Positions 26,938-32,000 of a stretch of DNA of 32,000 bases are shown here, piece after piece. The stretch covers positions 1,920,001 through 1,952,000 of the forward strand of contig NC_007181.1 in assembly GCF_000012285.1 (NCBI RefSeq), written 5' to 3'. The notes beneath the pieces were generated by a model. It did not search any database. It was given only the letters and a program-made list of their open reading frames with translations, and was not told where the DNA came from. Position 1 is the first letter of the stretch; each line of letters starts with the position of its first letter. Origin of the DNA: Sulfolobus acidocaldarius DSM 639. Its GTDB lineage: Archaea; Thermoproteota; Thermoprotei_A; Sulfolobales; Sulfolobaceae. A program made the position numbers and the translations under genes.

Positions 26938-29523
26938 ATGAAAAGAGAGTTAACAACAACTGATTTTCATGCAATGCTCAACACCGATTTAGGAAGGGAC
27001 CTAAAATTAGAGCAAGAAACTGTCGAGATAACAGGGAATGAGGTCAGAGTCTACGACTCAAAACACAATGAGATACTTACTCTGAATGGGGTAATTAGAC
27101 TTGATGTGGAGAGCGGAATAACTATAAGTAAGCTTGTAGGAACCACGGCAGATGGTAAGGTCGTTGAATTAGCTTACTTTACAAAGAGAAAAGAGGAGGT
27201 GTTTAAGAAGTTAGCAGAGGCATTCAACTCCGGAGAGCAAATAGAGATTAAAGACGAGGTAGATGACAAGAGCCACAAGCCTGGGGTAAATACACTCAGG
27301 TGGTTATTCTCCATATCATCTAGATATAGGAAAACCATGATATTAGGTGCAACACTATCATTGATCTCAACCGGATTAAACCTCGTACCCCCTTACCTGC
27401 TCAAGATACTGATTGACAACGTATTGATATCGAACAATCACTCTGCACAACTATTCCAATTGATAGTGCTCCTCCTTATCACCTCATACACTAGCCTAGC
27501 CTTGGTATCCTCATTGCAAACAAGGATATTAAACAATTTAGGTTCAAGAATTATAAACGATCTAAGGGAAATGCTGTATAATCATGTCATTAAGCATGAC
27601 TACTCGTTCATAGAGAGAATTTCCCCCAGCAGAATATTATCCAGGCTCACCACAGACGCTGGGAACACAAACTGGTTACTAGTCTGGGGATTACCTACAC
27701 TAGTAACTAACTTCTTCACTCTCCTAGGGATAGGAGTGATCCTCTTTACACTTAACCCATTACTGGCAACATTTATACTTATACCCATACCGCTAATATT
27801 GTTCATGGTAGTAAGATATAGGAAGAAGTCACATAGGTTATACCATAGAAACTGGAGGAGAAGTGCTGATATAACATCAAGGATAAATGACACAATCCCC
27901 AACTTCTTGGTTGTTAGATCATTCTCGAAAGAGGAATATGAGAGTAAAAGGCTCAGAAACATGTTAGATAAACTTTATGAGTCCAGTGTAACAATAAACA
28001 GGTTAAATTCTCTCTATTGGCCTGTGATAGGTTTAGTGGTTAACCTTTCCACAGTCATAATATGGTGGGTAGGTGGTCATGAAGTCATATCAGGAGTAAT
28101 TGAACTAGGTGTTATAACAGCCTTCATTGCTTACCTATCACAGTTTTACAGCCCCATAAATAACCTCAGTAACGTCTTGCCCTTTATTCAGCAATCCCTC
28201 ACATCGGCAGAGAGGATAAGAGAAGTGCTAGAGGTAAAACCACAAATTACGAATTCTGAAACCCCCAAAAGACCAGTTATGCCCTCAGAGATAGTGTTCG
28301 AGAACGTATTCTTCGGTTATGATCCACACTTCCCCGTTGTAAAGAACCTAAACATAAACATCAGACCAGGAGAAAAGGTTGCAATTGTGGGTAAGAGTGG
28401 GTCAGGTAAGAGCACCATTGCAAAATTGTTATTGCGGTTCTATGATGTCAATAAGGGGAAAATAACAATAGGAGGTGTTGACTTAAAGGAGATCGATATA
28501 GATTACTTAAGGAGGAAAGTTGCATATGTTCCTCAGGACGTTGTCCTGTTCGACACTACTGTTGGTTATAATGTTGCCTATGGTTCAGATAACGTGAATG
28601 AAGTAGATATAGTAAGGGCTTGTAAAACAGCTAAAATACATGATGAGATAGTGAGATTGCCTTTCGCATATGACACAATTCTAGGTGAGAGGGGGACATA
28701 TCTCTCAGGAGGGCAAAGGCAAAGGCTGAGCATAGCTAGGGCAATTATAAAGAACCCTGATGTTTTAATTTTTGATGAGGCAACATCGAATTTAGACGTA
28801 GTTAGTGAAAGGGAAGTTTATGAGGCAATGATGGAGGTCTCAAGAAATAAGACTGTAATACTCATAACCCACAACATACATGAGGTAATGAACGCTGATA
28901 AGGTAATCGTCCTGGATAACGGCGAGGTAATGGAGAGGGGAAAACCAAAAGAGTTATTACGTAACGAAACATACTTCCATAAGATTTTCAAAGACCAAAT
29001 AAACGAGGAGAACGTGTTCTCTAAGGACGGTAATGGGAAAGAGATACATGACATAAGGATACTAAATCCCCGGTCAACTAAGATAACTCCTGCAGAGAGG
29101 AGGAGCAGGGTTACTGTTGAAGCTGAAAACGAGATATATAGAGACCTCATTCCTAAGGCACTATTTCCCATAACAAACCCTAAGTTCATAGGATTTTACA
29201 CTGATGACGGCAAGGAGTTATTTCTGCTTGAGGACTACAGTAAACTAGATAGCGAATCGTTGAAGGTACTAGAAAGTGCTCTGTTATACAACAACCTTGT
29301 ATTTAAGGTTGTTAAGATAAATAATATCAACATAAAGGGAGATCAGTTAGAGTGGGATCTTGTAACAGATAAAGGAGTTTCAAAGACATTCACGTTGGGT
29401 AGGAGGAATGTAGTTGTCTTTGAGAAAAAGGTTGTACTAATAGACCGTAATGATAACTTGTATGAAATAAATATGGAAAGTATTGATAAGAGAAGCTTAA
29501 GATTATTACTGGAGACCATTTGA
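26938..29523 (+). CDS. ABC exporter half-transporter (type I TMD-NBD) with an extra N-terminal soluble domain and a C-terminal DUF1854/PH-like domain
   Basis: 861 aa. Six-helix TMD from about aa 125-420. Walker A GKSGSGKST, signature LSGGQRQRLSIARA, Walker B LIFDEATSNLD, H-loop ITHN. About 115 aa precede the TMD and about 190 aa follow the NBD. TTTTTAAATAG (26909-26919) is centred about 25 nt upstream of the ATG. Confidence 0.9.
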   Translation: MKRELTTTDFHAMLNTDLGRDLKLEQETVEITGNEVRVYDSKHNEILTLNGVIRLDVESGITISKLVGTTADGKVVELAYFTKRKEEVFKKLAEAFNSGEQIEIKDEVDDKSHKPGVNTLRWLFSISSRYRKTMILGATLSLISTGLNLVPPYLLKILIDNVLISNNHSAQLFQLIVLLLITSYTSLALVSSLQTRILNNLGSRIINDLREMLYNHVIKHDYSFIERISPSRILSRLTTDAGNTNWLLVWGLPTLVTNFFTLLGIGVILFTLNPLLATFILIPIPLILFMVVRYRKKSHRLYHRNWRRSADITSRINDTIPNFLVVRSFSKEEYESKRLRNMLDKLYESSVTINRLNSLYWPVIGLVVNLSTVIIWWVGGHEVISGVIELGVITAFIAYLSQFYSPINNLSNVLPFIQQSLTSAERIREVLEVKPQITNSETPKRPVMPSEIVFENVFFGYDPHFPVVKNLNINIRPGEKVAIVGKSGSGKSTIAKLLLRFYDVNKGKITIGGVDLKEIDIDYLRRKVAYVPQDVVLFDTTVGYNVAYGSDNVNEVDIVRACKTAKIHDEIVRLPFAYDTILGERGTYLSGGQRQRLSIARAIIKNPDVLIFDEATSNLDVVSEREVYEAMMEVSRNKTVILITHNIHEVMNADKVIVLDNGEVMERGKPKELLRNETYFHKIFKDQINEENVFSKDGNGKEIHDIRILNPRSTKITPAERRSRVTVEAENEIYRDLIPKALFPITNPKFIGFYTDDGKELFLLEDYSKLDSESLKVLESALLYNNLVFKVVKINNINIKGDQLEWDLVTDKGVSKTFTLGRRNVVVFEKKVVLIDRNDNLYEINMESIDKRSLRLLLETI

Positions 29524-29542
29524 ACGATATTTGCAGATACTC

Positions 29543-29548
29543 TTTTTT
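29543..29548 (+). terminator. Oligo-T terminator candidate after the ABC exporter gene
   Basis: A T6 run 20 nt after the stop codon. Confidence 0.35.
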
Positions 29549-30075
29549 AAGCTCTTAAAATTCAAGCTGTAACGTTAATTTTCGGTATTTACTCGTGTTA
29601 GTCTCACTCATTTTACTCCATTTCAAGTACATACTCTCACCTAGTCAACGCATTATTTCTACACGTAGTCTTTAGGAAAGAGTAAAGAAAAAGAGAGGAA
29701 AGATGAATCTGAGGCAAATACGGTACTAAAAAAGAGGAGTCACTTAAGTTTAAAAAAGGTTTACCTTGATGTCGGCGTAGGTGTCACAGTTATCTTCTCT
29801 CTCTTTGTCCTCCTCTGCTTTATCATAGTTTTCTCGTATTTTTCGTAGCACATACTAGATAATGTCATTTTATTAAAATATAAGCTTTCTTTAATAAAAA
29901 ATAAAGTCATACTAATACATTTGAAGGATTACTTATACCAAGAAAATAGTAAGAACCAAAACCTAAAGATCTTAAATTGACCTTTATACTTAATGATTTA
30001 TTATTTCTATATTAATGCATTATAATCAAACTAATAAAAATTTTTATATAAACAAATTATATTAGTAAAAAATAG

Positions 30076-31167
30076 GTGGTACATTTGATTGTGATTGAGT
30101 ATAAAAGTGGTAGAAGGGAGGAAATTCCCGTAATAGACTACCACGCACATATTTGGAAAGCTGGCGAAAGTAATTGGTTAAGACCAGAGCTAGCAAAGGG
30201 GTGGATAAGTTGTTTTTATGATTATCAGACCGCCTTAACCCCAGATGAATATAAGATGGACTTCGAGACCTTCAAGTACTATGGTCATGAGAAGTTCATT
30301 GAAGACGTAATGATAAATGGATATGTTGACGTGGCAATAACTCAACCTCAGTATCTACTCTACTTTTATAAAAAACCTTTCGGGAACACAGAGGAATTTG
30401 GTAAATTAGCAGTAGAGAATCCATATCGTTTTGTTATAGGCACCAGATTTGACCCAAGGGATGGGGAAGAAGGAAAGAGACAATTGGAGGAAGACGTTAG
30501 GAAGTACAGGGTCAAACCATGGCAAATGAGACATGTTAAGTTGTATACAGCTGAGTGGAAAGAGGTTGACGGAAAGTTATCAAGGGGATGGAGGTTAGAC
30601 TCAAAGGAGGCTTATGAATTCCTTGAGTTCAGTAAATCATTAGGTATAAACATCTTTGTTGCCCATAAGGGTCCCACAGTTTGGCCCTTAGATAAAGACT
30701 CATTTGACGTAAAGGACGTAGACGCGGTAGCCTCATCGTTCCCCGAACTTAAGTTTGTTGTAACCCATGTTGGACTACCTAGACTAGATGACTTTTGCTG
30801 GATAGCAACACAAGAGAAGAACGTATATGGAGGATTAGCAGTAGCCTCAGCTTTCATAAGGAAAAGACCCAAATATTTCGCTAGTATTATTGGGGAGTTG
30901 CTGTTCTGGTTGGGAGAAGACAGGGTTTTATGGGGTAGTGACTATGCTATTTGGAACCCTAAATGGCTAATAGAGGACTTCATGAAATTTGAATTACCAG
31001 AGGAGATCAAGAGGGAGTATGGCGTCGAGTTAACATTAGACACTAAGAAGAAGCTACTATACCAGAATGCCTCAAAACTATGGGATATACCACTAGAGGA
31101 AGTAATGAGAAGGGAAGATGACATAACGAGGAGGAGGAACTTACTTCATGTAAAGATGGAGGGGTAA
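30076..31167 (+). CDS. Amidohydrolase-2 family (TIM-barrel metal-dependent hydrolase/decarboxylase)
   Basis: N-terminal metal motif VIDYHAHIW (HxH), then FVAHKGP, VVTHVGLP and WGSDYAIW (the terminal Asp ligand context). GTG start at 30076 sits about 26 nt after TTTTTATATAAAC (30041-30053), giving leaderless geometry. TTG 30085 and GTG 30091 are alternatives. Confidence 0.85.
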   Translation: MVHLIVIEYKSGRREEIPVIDYHAHIWKAGESNWLRPELAKGWISCFYDYQTALTPDEYKMDFETFKYYGHEKFIEDVMINGYVDVAITQPQYLLYFYKKPFGNTEEFGKLAVENPYRFVIGTRFDPRDGEEGKRQLEEDVRKYRVKPWQMRHVKLYTAEWKEVDGKLSRGWRLDSKEAYEFLEFSKSLGINIFVAHKGPTVWPLDKDSFDVKDVDAVASSFPELKFVVTHVGLPRLDDFCWIATQEKNVYGGLAVASAFIRKRPKYFASIIGELLFWLGEDRVLWGSDYAIWNPKWLIEDFMKFELPEEIKREYGVELTLDTKKKLLYQNASKLWDIPLEEVMRREDDITRRRNLLHVKMEG

Positions 31168-31224
31168 GATACGGACGTAGAGAAAATACTAGATAGTGTA
31201 TTTGATCCAGAGACTAATTACTCC

Positions 31225-31599
31225 ATGTATAAGATGAGATTCCTAAAGGGATATTATGAGGACGATAAAGGAAACTTACACCTGATAATCTCTCCTCCCA
31301 CCTTTTGGTGCCCTCCTCTTTTCCTCTACATTATGCTAGAGGAGATTAGAAATAGACTGCCTGATGCTATCATTGAGGTTAAGGACCATCATGACTCTAA
31401 GAAACTCTCAGAATGTATTAACAACGGTCTCAAGTTTCATGAGTGTTACAGTAACGAATCATTGAATGGTGATGAATACGAGAAAGTTAAGAGGACATTT
31501 GAGGAGAAGAGGAGTAATAAATACGGTAAGTTGGTACAACTTTCTTTAAATATAAATGGAGAATTATGTAAACTAATAGCTGAGGCGAAGGAAAGATGA
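31225..31599 (+). CDS. DUF59 (MIP18/PaaD-like Fe-S assembly) domain protein; the domain appears to begin upstream of the first ATG
   Basis: Sequence from 31177, VEKILDSVFDPETNYSMYKMRFLKGYYEDDKGNLHLIISPPTFWCPPLFLYIMLEEIRNRL, aligns by eye with the DUF59 core (VxxxLxxVxDPExxxxxxxLGxVxxxxxxxxxxxVxxxxTxTxxxCPxxxxxxxxxxxxL). The track ORF starts only at the M of SMYKM. Confidence 0.7.
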   Translation: MYKMRFLKGYYEDDKGNLHLIISPPTFWCPPLFLYIMLEEIRNRLPDAIIEVKDHHDSKKLSECINNGLKFHECYSNESLNGDEYEKVKRTFEEKRSNKYGKLVQLSLNINGELCKLIAEAKER

Positions 31600-32000
31600 A
31601 AGCTGTGAGAATTCATGAGTATAACAAGCCATTAAAGTTAGATGATGTACCTGAACCCAAGATATCATCCCCTTATGATATTATAGTAAAGATTAAGGGA
31701 GCAGGAGTTTGCAGAACTGACCTACACATTCAAGAGGGAGTTTGGAAGGACATATTCAATCCAAAACTTCCTTTTACCATAGGTCATGAGAACGTGGGAG
31801 TTGTGGAGACTAAAGGAGATAATGTAGACTGGTTGAACGTTGGAGACCAGGTAATCCTACATCCATATATAACATGCAGGAGATGTAAAGCTTGCAGGTC
31901 TGGGAATGACATGCATTGCCCCAATGGAAAATTTCCTGGTCTAGACGGTACTGACGGTGGATATGCCGAATATTTGAGGACATCAGCCTACTCAGCAATT
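31596..32000 (+). CDS. Zn-dependent medium-chain alcohol dehydrogenase; N-terminal 135 codons, continues beyond the window
   Basis: Not in the ORF track because it is open-ended. ATGA overlap with the upstream stop. My translation: MKAVRIHEYNKPLKLDDVPEPK...GAGVCRTDLHIQEG...IGHENVGVVE...CRRCKACRSGNDMHC. This shows the catalytic-Zn Cys/His (GHE) and the structural-Zn four-Cys loop. Confidence 0.9.
   Translation, partial: MKAVRIHEYNKPLKLDDVPEPKISSPYDIIVKIKGAGVCRTDLHIQEGVWKDIFNPKLPFTIGHENVGVVETKGDNVDWLNVGDQVILHPYITCRRCKACRSGNDMHCPNGKFPGLDGTDGGYAEYLRTSAYSAI

Noticed and set aside
27958-27965. A second perfect AACATGTT (ARA-box sequence)
   Set aside because: It lies inside the ABC exporter CDS (codons for RNMLD) with no TATA box downstream. 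About one chance 8-mer occurrence is expected in 32 kb of AT-rich DNA.
30612-31998. Minus-strand ORFs 30612-30872, 30942-31124 and 31810-31998
   Set aside because: They are antisense to the amidohydrolase and Zn-ADH genes, whose motif content is unambiguous.
1-32000. Search for mobile elements, C/D-box sRNAs, rRNA and tRNA
   Set aside because: No transposase or integrase-like ORF and no long terminal inverted repeats were seen. The TGATGA...CTGA pairs I found all lie inside CDSs rather than intergenic regions. No rRNA- or tRNA-like segments were seen. This is absence by eye only, not proof.

Overview
AT-rich (about 35-40% GC by eye) archaeal window that looks Sulfolobales-like, possibly close to Sulfolobus acidocaldarius (inference). 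Supporting signs: A/T-rich TATA boxes centred about 25-30 nt upstream of first-gene start codons (leaderless mRNAs), GGTG/GAGGTG Shine-Dalgarno motifs only in front of internal operon genes, frequent GTG/TTG starts, and an ARA-box. All homology calls rest on motifs I recognise in the translations; no database search was possible. Content by coordinate: (a) 1-10980, a Psr/Sre-type molybdoenzyme locus. It holds a Tat-signal catalytic subunit of 1452 aa coupled to a 4Fe-4S beta subunit on the minus strand. A divergent plus-strand operon of six poorly assignable genes (wHTH, unknown, TPR, HdrA/MvhD-like Fe-S protein, degenerate HAD-like, unknown) ends with the NrfD-type membrane anchor. (b) 11025-17188, a transporter and regulator island with three MFS genes, MarR, a duplicated Lrp/AsnC-like regulator and a small ORF. 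(c) 17314-21961, an HTH_10 regulator, an orphan form-II CoxL-like molybdenum hydroxylase large subunit and a fourth MFS gene. (d) 22046-23188, a coiled-coil plus PD-(D/E)XK-like protein whose gene carries 5.8 identical 84-bp tandem repeats. (e) 23481-26514, a CUT2-type sugar ABC importer (SBP, permease, single-NBD ATPase) with an ARA-box (AACATGTT) abutting its TATA box. (f) 26938-29523, an ABC exporter half-transporter with extra N- and C-terminal soluble domains. (g) 30076-32000, an amidohydrolase-2, a DUF59-like protein and a Zn-ADH (partial). I saw no rRNA, tRNA, CRISPR array, transposase or integrase. The best candidate for something undescribed is the split molybdoenzyme locus with its giant alpha subunit and six-gene accessory operon. 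Secondary candidates: the perfect-repeat nuclease-like gene, the in-frame stop between the amidohydrolase and the DUF59 domain, the decorated ABC exporter, and a GC-rich structured island in the 18.0-18.4 kb intergenic region.
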